Part shown: piece after piece, positions 36,101 to 51,609 of the stretch
How the letters are laid out: the number at the start of each line of letters is the position of its first letter
Position numbering within the stretch: position 1 is the stretch's first letter
NCBI GenBank assembly: GCA_016748015.1
Contig: JAAOMT010000521.1
Coordinates: 29,208-93,207 of the forward strand
Direction of reading: 5' to 3'
DNA length: 64,000 nt
Origin: Geosiphon pyriformis uo1
Lineage: Eukaryota > Fungi > Glomeromycota
The notes under the pieces: generated by a model
Told to the model about the DNA's origin: nothing
The model's input: only the letters and a program-made list of their open reading frames with translations
Databases searched by the model: none
Made by a program: the position numbers and the translations under genes

Positions 36101-38799
36101 AAAATGTTTAATATTAAAAGACATTACAAAAGATTAATTATTTATCTCAATTTTTATATCTTAAAGCAAGAGCATGATTCAAAATTTATGAAAAAAATTA
36201 ATATAATTAATTTTTTAATAAATAAACTTTGTGACAAATTATAGATGGCTTATTTTTTTTGTAGTATCATATATTATAATGTTTGAAACATGTGTCTTAA
36301 AATAGACAATACTATTTAATAGCTTAGTAGATATTTTTGTTTTTATCTGTGGTTAAAAAGTCTGCCAAATGCTTTTGTAAACATTATAATTGTTAACTTT
36401 TATGTAATTCTTAGGTTTTTTATATAATAAGTTCAATATTTATCTTGTTATCTAATGTTTGATTAATAATTTGCATTCTATTAAAGTTGGTTTTTTTTAT
36501 ATGCTTGTTTTTATTATGTTAATATATCAGTTTAAACAAATATAAGATTTTTTGGAGATCTTGAAACAAAGTTTTTAAAATAAGTTAGGAGAACTGAATG
36601 AGATAATATTGTAATCAAAAACAATTAATTATATAACTTAATCATTGAATTAAATGAAATATATAATTAGTTAATATTTATATTATTTGAAACTCTGACT
36701 TTTAACTTTATTTTTTCAAATATTTTATTTTACATATGTTAATTTTCAAAGACATTTGTCAGTTTTTGTTGTTATATAATAACATATAATAATAAAGATA
36801 TGAATAAAAAAAAAATTTGTTTATTTAAAGTTTTTGATGTATTCTTAATTGGTTTTTAATTAAGAATATGCTGTATAAAAGAAATTAAAACAGATTCTAC
36901 TAAAAAACTTTTTTTAATTTATGGTGTTAAATAGTGTATTATGTATACTAATATAACTTTAAATACAGAAAAGAGTATTTTTCCAATTATTAATAGTAGC
37001 AAAAAATTTCAATACCACTACATATAAAGATTTATATATATAAATATTATTGTTATTAAATCTTTTGAAATATATTATAAATAGATTCTGTAAAATTAAA
37101 CTTATAATAATTATATAACAATTTTAAAAAAAATATTATATTTAAACATAATTTTTATGTATATAATATAACATTTTTCTATAATATCTTACAATATATG
37201 TTTTTTAATAACCAATATTTTGAATACTTTTTTTTATAAAATTTTAAAAATATATTGTGTTTTATCTAATGAAAAAAATGATTAAAAGCTTAAAAATATA
37301 AAGCATAAAAGTAGTATTTATGATTAAAAATTAATTTGATCAGATTTGAAAAAAAAAACTTGCAAACTATTTTTGCAATCTATAAAAAATAAAAAACAGT
37401 AACCAATTTTGAAAATTTTGATCAGTATTATTTTTATGATAATGTAAATACTTACTTTAAATTCACTAATAACTTTTCAATAACTATAATATTGTATTTT
37501 AAAAAATTGCTTGAATCTAAAAGATATATAAAATCTTTTATAATAAAAGTTTCAGTTAAATTTAATATTTAAATAATAAATTATATTAAAAAAAATATAA
37601 TAACTTAAATACTTATCATGTATTCAACCAATTCATAATCTAATTTTAGAATTGGTTTTCTAGACTATAAAAAGAATTTCAATTGTTGAATATTTTAACA
37701 ACTTATTAGAATATAATATATAATAGTTTATCATAGTAATCAAAAAACTTATATTAATTGGTATTAATTTAGGGAAATTAGGTTAAAATTGAAAAATCTT
37801 TGGTTTTATCTTAATTAAGAGAATTAAAGTTGTCTTAAAAACTATAATCTTGAATAGCTCTTTTTTTTAATGTTATATATTTTTAATGAGTTTATTATGC
37901 AAAAAATGTATAAAATATATTAGTTTAAATAAATAAAACCCAGATTTTTTTGTAAAAGCCTAATAAATTTCTCACTTGTAAAAATTTAATATCTTTAAAA
38001 ATGTGTAAATTATTATTAAAATACATAGCATTTTCAAAATTAATTACAAGTTTTGATCAAATTTATAAATAGATAATATTTTTTTCAATTTTTTCACTAA
38101 TGTAATATAGAAACCATATATAAAATATTAAGTAACTAATAGAAAAAAAGTGCATAGTATCAACTTTAATTATGTTTAAGAATCTTAATTCTTTGATCAC
38201 ATTATTATATTTTGGATATTCTTCTTTGAACATTAAATTTATAAATAATACAACATATTATCAACTTCTAAATATAAAAATGAGAAATTACAACTAGACT
38301 ATAATATTAAAATTGAAATTTATTTCAAATATTCTTATTTATTATCTTTTTAATTAACAATTATTTGCAATAAATCTTTTATCAGCTCTAAAAAATTGGC
38401 TTTAATTTGAAAATCAGGTTTTTTTTGAGTTAATTATTTAATTGTTAATGTTAAATTTTTTGGTTTAAATTTCTTGTCATAAATTGAAAAGGTTTTTGTA
38501 ATAACTATTTTTATTAATTTTACTTGAATTTTTGGCTCAAATAATCTCCTTAATTCCAATAGAAAATTTTTTTTAATGAATATTAAAGAAGTTTTTTTTA
38601 ATTGCTTTTATTTAGAATTACAAAACAGAAATTTAAATTTAAATTAGAACCAAAGAGGTTTAAAGAATAAATATATATTTGAATTAAAAATACTATTTCC
38701 ATTGTGATACAATTTTTTTGTATAATATTACATAATTTAAATCTTTTAATTCTGTCTAAACACTAATTATACACTAAATTAATATTATATCACATAAAA

Positions 38800-40885
38800 A
38801 AATACTATTTTATTCTAAATGAAAAAGAAAAACTAAAGATCAAATTAGAAATACAAAAAAATTATATAAAAAACACATTATATTACTTCAAAAATGATTA
38901 TAATATTAAAGTAAATAAATTTAATGAACTAAATATTAGTAATAAAAAGTAAAATAATAATAATAACAATAAATAAAATAATATAGAAGATATAAAAGCT
39001 ATAATTAGAATAAATATAAAATTAAAAAAACTTAGTATAGTATAAAAAAATAACAATTATCTAGAAAAAAGAAGCAAGATCTTTATATTAAAAAAAATAC
39101 CAAAGTTAACTTATTATGATAAATATGAACCAAATAATTTATTTTCTAAAGCAGCAGCTAGAACTAAAAAATTACTACTTTTTTTAATATTAGTGATGCT
39201 TTAACTAAGACTTACAATAGCTTAAATCTAATAAATCTTCAATCAATTCAAAAAGTAAGGTTAATTCATATGCTAGTTGAATAAAAAAAGAGCAAAAGTT
39301 AAAAAAACATTTAAAAAAACAACATGCTTAGTTAATTGTTTTTAAATAATCAAAAATGAGCTATTTTTGAATATATTATTTTGTTAAATAATAATAATAG
39401 ACGTAAAAAAGTTAAAACTAGTTTGAAAATTGCCCAGAAGATTTTTATTAATGATAGTGTATGGAAAGCACGAAAAATTTGATATTTTGCAAAGTATTAA
39501 TTGCTTAATAATAAGTTTTCAACATTAAAACATGAAAAATACCAAAAAATAATTAAAATAATTAATAATAAAAACATTGTAGAAAAATGTTATATTTGAA
39601 TTAGAAGCCAAAACTTCAATGCCACTTCAACCATATTTAAAAAATTCATTAAGCATGAATTGTTTCCTAATATTAAAATAATAATAAAAAAACTATTAAT
39701 TTTATGGCTGCAGTAAAATAACTCAAAATTCTTAATTATTTATTTCAATAATATTATCAAAACTTATATTATGATAAACATAAAAAATATTTTAAAAAAA
39801 ATATATAAGCATAAAAAGTATATATTAAAGTATAAATTTATAAATTAAATATATTTTAATTTATTTAATAAAAAGAAAAAAAGAGTTCTTATAGTCCATA
39901 TTAAATATATTCTTTATTAAAATAATAACAAACATAACATATGGGTTAAGCATAAAAATTTGCCACTAAAAAAAAAATGAAAGATTAATTATGATTAGTA
40001 AATTTTTAACTAAAATTAATAGATATTTATGTTTACAACAAAATAATATAGAAAACTATTTTAATATACTAAAAAAAGCATGATGCTATTTGCAATCTGA
40101 TATAAATCAAGATAATTATTAAACAGCAGACCATTTTTTTAAACAAATTAAATATAAAACAATTTCAATTTTTGAGAAATTATATTTAGATTGTACAATT
40201 GTATTTGCTTTTAATAATAGTTTTAATTATACAGCATTTAGTAAAAATGCTTTAATTGCAAAAAGAATAAATTTAAATCTAGATAAAAAGCAATCATGAA
40301 TGCAAAATACTTTTTTAGATTAGATAATTAATTATAATTAATAATCTTCTCAGAAACATATTTAGATAAAAAACTTTAAGAATTGTCTAAAAAATTAAAC
40401 AAGTATTAGTAAAATAAGAAAAATGGCTATCAAAAAAATTAGTATTAAAATGCCAAAAATGCAAAGAAAAAATCAAAAATTTTTCAAAAATTTTTTGTTG
40501 TGTATGTCAAGTAATATCTTTGGAATCCAATTTTTTTGCTCAAAAAATACAATTAAAGAATTAATCGAAAATATAAGACATAAATGCATTTTTTTTCCAA
40601 AATTTCATTGCAAATTAAATTTTATTAAAAGATATTGGAGAGCTGCTAAAAGATATATACATAACAAATATGATTTTTTATGGAAAAAATTATAAAGAAC
40701 AGTATTTAAAAGTTTTGAATTAGTATTTTTAATAACTATTAAATGATTTTCAAGAAAATATTAGTGTTATATGAATCTTTATAAAAAAGATCTTAGTAGA
40801 AAATTAGTAGAATATGCTATAAAAAAGTATAAATCTCATAGAAAAATTTCAAATAATATTTTTAAAGAATTAGACAAATTAAATA
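38800..40885 (+). pseudogene. Highly decayed fungal IS630/Tc1-related DDE transposase
   Basis: FFPKFHCKLNFIKRYWRAAKRY matches the family motif FLPKFHCELNFIExxWGxAK. VFAFNNSFNY (cf. FDNSSNH) lies upstream and AIKKYKSHRKI at the C-terminus. The 5' boundary is approximate. Confidence 0.7.
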
Positions 40886-41069
40886 ATATTCAAACTTTAT
40901 AATACTTTATTTGGTTTTATATTAAATAAAATTTTATTTTTATTATAAATAATATATTAAAAACAAATATATATTAACCAATAAAATTTAATTATATAAA
41001 TAAAAACACATAAAAATTTTTATTTAAAATTTTGAACCAATCTACATTTTTGATGATTATAAATAGTTT

Positions 41070-43490
41070 ATATTATAACAGATTTACTATCTAAAATTAA
41101 TTAGATTTATTCTTTTTCAATTTTAGTTTTTATGTATATAGCAGTAATTGTTTTTTGTTCTATAGTAGCTATATTGCCAAGTAAGAATGGTAATTTATTT
41201 GCTTTAAATTCGAAAAAAAATACGTTTAAAATTATGACATTTTTAGTAATCTTTGCTAAGAATATTGTAGTATTATTATAAAAAGAGTTTTACTGTTGTG
41301 TTGTAACTTTATTTTTCAAAAATACAATATAGTAAAAATTCTGGTCTTTTAGCATTATAAAATAATTAAGTTGAATATAAAAGTGTCAAAATGGTTATTA
41401 GTTATTATTATAAGATATTAATTGATTATTGAAACCAAATTTGTTATTGTTTAATTAAAAACGGTTTTGTAATATAAATTAGTTAGGTTGACCCAATTTT
41501 TTTGCTAATAATTAATAATTTTAAACTGGCTGTGATTGATAATATTGTTATAGTTATTATAAAACAGACTAATAATAAGTAAACTGGAGTTTTAATAAAT
41601 AATAAACAGATAATAATAAATAATATAAATGTTATTGTTAAAAAAAATAATATTGATTATTTTGTTTTTATTAGTTTCTTTGTATTTTTCGAAAATTATA
41701 TTTAAATATCTGAAAATTTTACAACAATAATAGTTTAATTGTTGAAATTAGTTGTTATATAATGAAGAGTTTTTTTGGTTTTGTTGTTAAGATAATTGGT
41801 ATTTTTGTTGTTAATTGACAAAGTATGTTTCAACTTTTTTATAAGTTGATTAATATTTTTTTAGCTGTTAAGCTGGTTTTTCTAATTGTTAAGTTGACAA
41901 GTTTGGCATGATTGGCTTTTTTTATTGTTATTTTATAGTTTTTAGTATATTAAATAATAGTAATTAAATTTTCTAAAGCATATAATCGAACTTTTTTAAT
42001 AAATTTGTTTTTGAGTTTAATAATAAATTGATTTAAAACTTGGATATAACAATAGTAAGCATTTGTTTTTAGCTGGTAAATTTTTTTAAGATGTTTGTTA
42101 AACTTCTTAATATAAGTTATAACAGATTCAAATAGTTTCTGTTTGATGTTTTAAAAATAATTTCGGAGAGTAATTAAAGTATTATTATTAATAAACTGTT
42201 TGAGAAAAGCAGTTTTAAAAGTTTGCCAATCTGTAAAAAAAATGGCCAAATTTTTAAATTATTTGTCTATAGTTTTTTTAAGAAAATAAGAAATTACTTA
42301 TAGTATTTTTTTGTCTTTATTATAATTAGTGGTTTTTGTTTCTTTTGTTTTTTTTCTTTTTTTCAATAAATTCAAAAGTGTTTTTTTTATAAATTAGTGT
42401 TTTTGAGTATTTACTTTGGTTTTCTTCTAAAAAATCAAAAAAATTAGTGGTAGTGTTAATTAATTTTAGCTATTGGATTGAATTTTTGGTAAAGTTTTCA
42501 AATCTTGAAAATTAATTGAGTGGTAAATTTAGTGGTTGTATTTAAGCAAGCAAAATTAAAAAAAATGTAATTAAAAATAATAATTTAGAACTGGTTTTTT
42601 GTTTAAATATTTACAAATATTGAAAGTTTGTTTTTGATATATTAAATATTGTATAAATAAGTTAGATGTTTTTTTTGTTTTTACTGCTTGTTTTAGGTTT
42701 AAATTCAAGTTTAAAACAAATTGTGAGTTAGCAGGATATTTTTTTTTATAAAACTTGATAATATTATAATCAAGTTTTTCAATATAAGTAGCACAAGTAT
42801 CTGCACTAATATTTTTGGATTTTTATTTAAATCGTGAATTAAATTTCAAGAAGATTTTGTTTAATTTTTATAATATTGTAATTCTCAAAAAGATAATTAT
42901 TAATTTAATTTTTAATATATTGAAAAAAAGTTTTCTTAAAACTGTGATTTTATCTCGAATTTTAAATAATTATTTATAATAAATATAAATTAACTGATAC
43001 TATTCTAAAGTTATTATGTTAAATGCAATTACCACTTTAATTTAATTATTACTGTGTTATTTTTAAGAGAACATCAAATATTATTAAAGGTTTTTTTATC
43101 TTTTTTTGAATGTTGTTAACGTTATTTTTGCTGTTAATTCTACTGTTAATAAAAGTTAATAAATCTTTGATAAGCTAGTTTTTCTTTCAAAATATTTCTT
43201 TATACTTTGAACTATATATATTATTAGACTTATAATAAATTAGCCAATTTTATGCCAATTACTTATATAGTTATTTTGCAGTAAAAATTGACTCTTTTAC
43301 AGGAAAAATATTGTTTATAAGCTTTTTACAATATGTATAATTACTTTGCTGTAAAAATCAACTTTTTTTACAGAAAATTTCGACTGTAGACTATTCAATA
43401 ATATAAATGAAAAAATAAAAGAAAATAAACTAAAAAAAAGGAAATGTAAAAGAAATTATTTCGAATTAAGATCTGAAAGTTATTAACAAT
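41070..43490 (-). mobile_element. Extremely decayed gypsy remnant (gypsy-3): LTR, PBS, gag, truncated at the protease
   Basis: FFFEFKANKLPFLL..QKTITAIYIKTKI..LILDSKS aligns with IFPFELEENE..KRPITAMYTEATV..FILDSGS of gypsy-2. A decayed LTR/PBS junction TAATATTTGATGTTCTC (cf. TAACATTTGGTGCTCT) lies at ~43067-43083. Confidence 0.75.
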
Positions 43491-45013
43491 TATTAAATTG
43501 GTAATTAATTAATTTTAAAATTTTAGTAAGAAATAGTTAATTTCACAATAAGAATAATTAAAAATTTTTATGTTTTTCAAAGTAAGTTTTATTAAAATTA
43601 ATTTGTATAAAAGATACTAAAAAAATATTGGTTCTAGTTAAAATATTTAGTAAAAAATACATTTTTTTAAAAAGAAAAGCTTTTTTTTATATAACTTATT
43701 ATAATATTATTCTATAATATAATATTTTTTTTTTATTACTATTTTAATAAACTAAAAATACATTTTATTAAACTATAAGTTATTTCTGCAAACTATGAAT
43801 TATTTAAATAAATTATTAAATATGTTGTCAAATTATTAAATATTTTGGCAAATTTAGAATATTATATATTTTAGTATATTATATAATCTAATTATCAAGT
43901 TATTAATTAAATAATAATTCAAATAATTTGATAAGATAATAAGTAATAAATTAAAATAATAATATATACAAATTAATAATAAAAATTATAAGAATATTTT
44001 ATGATAAATAATATCTCAAATTTCAATGTTTATTAAAGCTGTTTAATAGAAATATTTGTTGATTTTTAGCTTTTTTTCCAAAATTAAGTAATTTCATAAA
44101 TCTGTTTAAACTAAAAATTTATTATAATCTATTCAAAAATAATATAAACTGAAATTTTTATTATGTTTTTAACTATTAAATAGAAATTAAACTTTTATTT
44201 AACAGATTTTTTATTTAAACTAAATTTAAATTAATATTAGTTTTTTTTTAATTTAATATAACCAGATAACTTGTTATTTAGATTTTGTATTTTAGTATTA
44301 TTATTAATTAATTAAAACTAAACAAAAATTTTTTTTTTATTATATTTTTATTTTAAAAAAGTATATTTATTAGTTTAAAAACTAATATTTAATTATTTTG
44401 ACTAAAAAAAAATTAATTTAATTTAAATTATTTTATTAGTTATTATTTTTGAAATTTAAAAAAAACATTAAAAATTGTTATATTTTATAATATATGACTA
44501 ATAATTTTACATAAATAAAATTTTGATTTTAGAGTTTTTAATTATATTAAAACTGCTATTGTTAATTAAAACCGAATTAATACTAAGATATTTAAAGTTT
44601 TTAATTTGCTTAAACAGTTTAAACTAATAATTTTAAAAGTTATACTAAATTTATTATTAGTATATTTATTAATTTTTTGAATTAATTTAACAGTTATATT
44701 TAATATTATATTATTTTTTAAAACCAAAAAACTATAAAACATAAATGAATCAATTTTCAATTTTTTGTCAAAAAATAAAATTTATGTTTATTATTATATT
44801 AATTTACAATCTTAATTTTTTAAAAAATATTTAATTAAATTTTAAATATTATCTTTAAATAAAAATAAAAAAATTATGTTTTATTATTTATTATTATTTA
44901 ACAAGTGAGATCCAAACACTACCTAGTACAATACATCAAACTAGTGATCTAAACTAGGTGTGAATCATGCTTTTTCTACACGTGACCAGCCATTCAGACT
45001 AGTCAGGACAACA

Positions 45014-48000
45014 CTAAGCACCTATACACACCAAGACCAAGTTACTTACACCTGAAAAGAATAAACTAGATTTACAAAACCCAAAACTAATACCAAATGC
45101 ATCAGCAATACCCAACAATCTAACCATACTGGACGAGAGCACCGAAAGAAGACCAGAAATCGAAATAGGAACAGAGCCGTCACATGGGATCAAGCCATCT
45201 TTCTCCATAACAGCTCTGTGTCTTACACGTACCAGCCAAATATCATCACGGAATACAAGACTGAATTCACGAACAAATGCCACAATATTTTGAGCCACTG
45301 TTTTAGAGTCCTTGAAAACAGAAAAAAATTCACGATACCACTTATTGAAAACAAAACTCTTACATATAGCCATACTAACAACAGCATCGGAAGCACAAGC
45401 AAAAAGCAACTGTAAAACACATGAGATCGAGTGAGATAAACCTAAGCGCATTTCTCAAACAGATGCATGAGCGTTCATCAACCGAGCATGATCACCAGCA
45501 TCGAATGGACACGAAAACACATGATTTGAAATTTCAACATCACTGCAGAACAAACACATCACACTGGGGTACCCTTTATCGTAAAGTCACTTTCACACAG
45601 CAACAGAAAGACGATGATGCAACACTTTCATAAAATATGTCCGAGATCCAGCAATATGAGCATTAGTGAAACCAGCGGCCAAATGAAAGTCCGGATGCCA
45701 CACTGAACATAACTTGAACCAATCAACATTAGCACGTAGGCTGTCTACCAATACCCGAGAACCAGAACCAACCTCCCAATGTGCACGGTGAATAGAGTGG
45801 AAAACACTATGAACAAAATGCCTAGAATTACCAGAAACCACAGTACCGCCAGCCTTGAGAAAATGTTCATTGATCCTGTGAGGAAGATGCACACCAGAAG
45901 ACATAGCAGCCCTAGCCAAAGTGTCAGCACACTCATTGCCCAAGACTCCAGAGTAACCTCTAACCTTAATCCAATTAACATCCAAATTTTTGCGATGAAT
46001 GACATTAGAAATATGGTGGCGTTCGATCCAACACCGATTTCTGAAATCTGAATGCTCCAACATTAACTCTGACCTGCATGCATCCAAAGTGGCCTGGCTG
46101 TCCGAAAACAGATTAACGGAACGAGAAGGAGGGACACACTTGAGAGCCAAAGCAATGGCCTGCAGCTCCGTCATGGTAGAAGAAACCAAACCAGAAACTT
46201 CTACACCCAAACCCAAATCAATGTCTTCAAAAAAAACAGCAGTGCCAGCCTTCATACCAAGAGTACCCAGCCCACACAGAGAACTATCCATAAACAGAGA
46301 AAGGCGATTGGAATTAACCTCCAACAAGTGATTGCAAACAACATCAAACTTGCAAGACTCAAGTACGTCAGATGAGCCAACATTCAGTGGCAAAAAAAAA
46401 CAAAAGGGAGAAAACCCAGAACCAGACAAAAAGCAAACAGCAGTACTGAACCAATCAGGAATCGGGCCCCAAGGGTCCAGTCTTTTTCCACCACTTGAAA
46501 GTCCTCCATTCAAAAACAGAACCAGTTCGATTGCAAAGCTGCTCAACAAAGGCAATTCCATATCGCCGAAGCGAAGAGACACATTTATAAAAAGCAAACT
46601 CGCCAAGAACAATAGACATTGGGGTCCCCTTTTGAAAACAAAAAACATTGGTCATGAAACCATCCAGAGAAAGGTCGCAACCCAAAAAAATCCAGATGAC
46701 ACCAGCCAAAAAATTATTCAAAGGACTGATATTAATATGAGAAGGGAAAAGCAAGGGGTGATGAGGGCACCAGCAGAGAACCTGTAAATCATGAGATCTA
46801 TGCATGAACAGGTGGCCCAAAATACCCACTGAATTGGCAAAACAAACAACAGCAGCTGACTTGCTTTTAGTCTGGACCTGTTCAAAAGATTTCAACCTGT
46901 ACAGAGAAGAATGATGAATAGCATCATTGGGAAAGTTGAGTGGCAGACCAGATTTGGACTTCAAACCTTTACAAATCATAGCGTCCTATTTCGCACACAC
47001 ACTAATAGGAACAAAACTAAACTGAGTCCTGTAGGCAATTATGGGATGAAGAACCGCTGACACCAAATACAAAAACTGTTTATCAGAGATAGCTTTTCTC
47101 AGAACAAGGTTGGTAAAAAACTGGACATCCAAGCGTGCCTTAGCCAAACTAGGCTTTGACAAACCTTTAGTAGACAGAAAGATACCCAGGTACTGATGAG
47201 GCTCAGCTCTTTTGGCTATTGAAATAGGCAAACCACTGATCAACAAATAAGGGCTGGAAACTCTGCAATTAATGGGAATGGCCACTGTTTTGTCATTATT
47301 GATTGAAATGTCATTGATTTGAAAAAACTCACTAACAACATTGAGAATATGTTGGGTGGCAGCCTGGCTGTTACCAACCCAAATTGTATCATCGATGAAA
47401 GCACCAGCAGCGAGGAAAAAAGTCAAACCAGTCCAAGATTCAGCGTGACCAGTGTTGGCAACAAAATGAGAGTCTAACTTGTATCCGCATACACTTTCTT
47501 GTCTCTTGACTTCACACAAAAAGAGATCATAAAATATGCACCAGAGAAGAGGAGAAAACACCTCCCCTTGATCCAAACTATCATGTACTCGATATCCATC
47601 AGTCAACCCAAAATCTGTCATAATTCTATTGACCCGATCATTGTAGATGCTACCAAAAAACTGAATGAATCTGTTACACATTTTTATTCTGACCAAGCTC
47701 TTCCTTAGATGCTCCCAGCCAACAGAATCATAAGTCTTTTGCATGTCTTGCAAGACTAGTCACAGCTCTCGGTTCTTCTCCAAAGCATCCTCAATAACCG
47801 ATCCAATAGCAAAAATAGGAGACTCTGTGGTTGTGCCTTTTAAAACAGAAAAATTATCTCCCCTCAGAACGTCGAAAACACTACAAGCCAAAGAAATTCT
47901 GTCTGAAAGCACTTTAGAAAGGATTTTGCGAGCCGTTTCAACCAAAGCAATAGGATGGGTATTCGTGAGAACGCCCTTCCACTCATATGGTTTGAAGATC

Positions 48001-49703
48001 ATTGACACCCAAGCCTCCTTCCAAGGCCCAGGAACAGATTCACACTCCAAGCAAGCATTCAAAAGCACTAAAAGCATATCTAAAACTGATTTGTTGCAAT
48101 GTTTCCACAATTCATTCAAGATACCAGAGAGACCAGCTGCTTTCCCATCAGGCAGGTTCAAAACGACACTAGACATCTCATCAAAATCAATTAGGCTCAT
48201 TACACCAGAAAAAGTGTCATCAAAAACATACTCTAAAAGCTAATATTGGCAATTCCAGACACCAGTAACATCAGAAACTACATTGCGCTTCCTAGTCTAT
48301 CCCTCCATGACTGCATCTACTTTGGCCTTAACCAGAGCAGACTCCAAAACCAACTCATCATTAACAACCAGATAATCCAAAGTTACTTTGCGAAAAGGAC
48401 GTTCCAATACATTCCTAATAGTATGCCTTTTGTCCAATTCGAAACTTTCCATTCTTTTATCTATTGCTGACCTGATTTGAGATTTCTTAACTCACTCCAC
48501 TTCCGACATTTTGGATGCATGATAAGACTTTTTGACCTTAGACAAAACTGACCGAATAGCATTGAAGTGGGAACCTGATAGGAAGAGAGACTTCACTGCA
48601 GAAGCGTTGACCAAATCCAAACCTTCTCACCTGTCGAGCAAAGATGTAAACTCTTCAGTAGAATCCACATGAGATGCTTTAACCAACTTAGACACCAAGA
48701 GCTCTAGCTTGTGAAATTTGGACGAATCCTTGCTAAAACTTTTATTATATCCTTTGAACCACTTTTTCTTGAAAACTGCCTCAGCAGACAGACATATTAC
48801 TCTACAGAGAGCAATCCACATCGAATCCAAGTCCAAGCAGACCCTGGCTGCAAGAAAATCATTATGAAACATAGCAGCATTTGCTGCCGTATCTTCTTTA
48901 AATTTGGCCCATTTAACATCATCTGCACCTTTGCAATCATACTTCCAGTGATCTTTATTTGCTTGCTTGCGAACAGAATTCAACTGAACATTGAGCAGAC
49001 CACCCAAACCCACTAACACTGAGATAGCCTGATGATTAATATCAAAGTATTCCCCAACGCCAAACATGTCGCAACCCACTACCGCATTGACCAGATTTGA
49101 AGAAACAAACATAAAATCAATCATCTTAGCAATGTCCCAAGAATTGGACCAAGTCGGCAATTTCCCACAGGAGCTCTCACCCAAGGCATTAACCAGACCC
49201 AAATCCAGACACTTTTTAAAACTTGCACACTTGCGAGAACTGTCTTCATTGAAATCGCCACTGAGAACAACGAAGGAAGATTCATTAACAGTTTTTGCAA
49301 TGAGAGAGTTGACTTCACCAGCCTAAGAGAACCAAACTGCTGAGGAAGCACCAGCATACAGACCCAAAATAGACACCGAAAGTTTATTTTTGAAAAGTAA
49401 CTTAATGGACAAGAGCTGACCAGGCACCTCTAACACTTTGCACACATGTCTCGCCAAAGAAGAATTCATGACGATTGCAACCCCAGAACCCATGTGATCA
49501 GAAACCAAACCAGAAGTAAAAACTCAAACACCAACAAACTTGTTCATAATCCAAGGGCAAACCCCATCTTTCAACTTAGTCTCAGTAACAATTGAAATCA
49601 TATTGTTCATTTCTTTATGTCAACGAATAATATCTTCTTGTTTCGCAGAATTGTTCATACCCCTAACATTACACATGGCAATTTTCCAAATATAACTGGT
49701 CAT
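45014..49703 (-). pseudogene. LINE-C ORF2 (APE-RT-RNase H-zinc finger)
   Basis: Motifs HPIALVETARK, QDMQKTYDSV, LDQGEVFSPLLW, AGAFIDD, YLGI, TELQAIALAL, DSQA and VRGYSGVLGNECAD are present. Confidence 0.93.
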
Positions 49704-51609
49704 TAAGATGAGAAGAGGACCAGAAAACCCAAACCAGCACACATCTGCTCCAACTTCACCAAAATTGAACCAATAGAGGCATCGAGAGCAACCAACTTCA
49801 ATTCTAAAACACCAACTTTAGAAGTCAGCACCTTGAAACTGCTATGACCCAATTGAGAACTATTATTGCTAGAAGGGAAAAAAATGGGTTGAGCCAAAGG
49901 TACGTCTAACACCATGTTGGAATCCAAGTCAGAGTTAGCCATCATAAGAGAACCAGAGACGGACAGTTGAGGAGTATTCACTGAAGGAATCATATTAGAA
50001 GGAGGAGCTAAAGACACCAAACTGAGATTGTCAAAATGAAGAAGAATGTTCGAAATTTGATCAGATAAAAGCTCTACAGAGCATTCCAGACATGCTAAAC
50101 ACATACCCAAGGGGGCATTGACCATAGAAAGAGAAGGAGGGGTACCACCAGAACTCGAAGCACCAACGAGCAGAAAACCAGAACCAGAGCCATCAAGAGG
50201 ACCATGAAAAACCGAAGCAACTAAGACCACTTGGGCCCAGGATTTGCCTCCAAAAGTGACAGGACGAGAGATCGGAACCTTTTTTTTAGCATATAATTTG
50301 GCCAACTGGAGACAAGTATCCAAGTTAGCAGGCTTTTTAAATAACTTGGGTGACTGAGAAACTGATGCAACCTCAGCATCACATTTCAGGGCAGAATGAC
50401 TGAACTTCCCACACCGTTCACAGTGAACCAAATCCAATCTAGCCCATGAGAGTTTCACTCCACCAAAGATCAGCTTCATGTGAAAAGCTGATTCCATAGC
50501 TTTATCAGATTCAAAACATATTACAGCACAGCGTGTTCTGTTGCCAGTTTCCAATGAACGATTGATGACACAAGTTTTCCCACCAGCCCCTTCCAATAGA
50601 TTCCCAAGATCATGAGCTGTTGTTCCCACTGGCAAAGTAAACAGAAGCGCCCTGAATTGATCCCTAAAAGCCCATGTCTCACAATTTCCCACAGCCTTGG
50701 CCACACACACAGAATTTTTTCCAATGAGGAAAGACCATTTTAATGTCAACAGATCAGCTTGGCTAGATTCGGCAAACTCCACTACAGCTTTCTGCCACAG
50801 CCCAATTAACTGAACTTTAATAGACACAATCTGACCATACTCGGATACTGCGGCAATAATCATTTCTTTAGACGTATCCATGGAAATTTCCTTGATTACT
50901 ACAGCCTGATCTGAGCAAAATTTTTTTGTCTCTTAAGATCACTGTTTACTATAATGTTATTTTCTTTGGCCAATGATGTGGCTTTTTCCAAGCTCTCTAA
51001 TGAAGTAAACGTCAATCTGATAATCCCTTCAAATTTTGAGGAGGTAGTGGCCCCCCCAAAACCGTTGATTTTTGAAAACAATTTCCTGATCAATTGAGTT
51101 TTCGCAGTTGCCGATTTGCCTTCCACAGCTGAGAGATTAATATCTAATGCAAAAAACTTCCTAACAGCAACTTCCACTTGAGATTTAACAATTTTGGGAT
51201 CCAACCACATTTTTTCTAAAGGAATACCAAGAGAAGAGAAGAGAGGACCGCCATCATCCTCATTCATGTTGTAATCTAATGAACCAAGAGGGAAGCCGCA
51301 GTCCAAATTATTCTTAACTCTCTTTGCTTTAGGAGTTGTTACAGCTGAGCCAAGAAGAGACCCATTATCACTGCCAGCCAAGATGCCACCAGCAACACTG
51401 TTACCAGAATCACTCTCCATATCCGAGTATTGACTCCCACCAGAATGAGATTTGGCCAAAACAGCTTTGTTTCTATCACCAGACTGACTCATATGACGAA
51501 GAAAAACTTTTTTTTTTTGAGAGGAGAGACCACCAACAGAACCAGAAGAAGCACCAACAAGAGCTTTCTTATTCGACATACTACTGCCAGAAGCAGCTTC
51601 CAAGTCCAC
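49700..51609 (-). pseudogene. LINE-C ORF1
   Basis: ORFs 50899-51714 and 49703-50881 are joined by a frameshift. Motifs IKVQLIGLWQKAVVEF, knuckle CERCGKFSHSALKC and SRPVTFGGKSWAQV are present. Confidence 0.9.
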
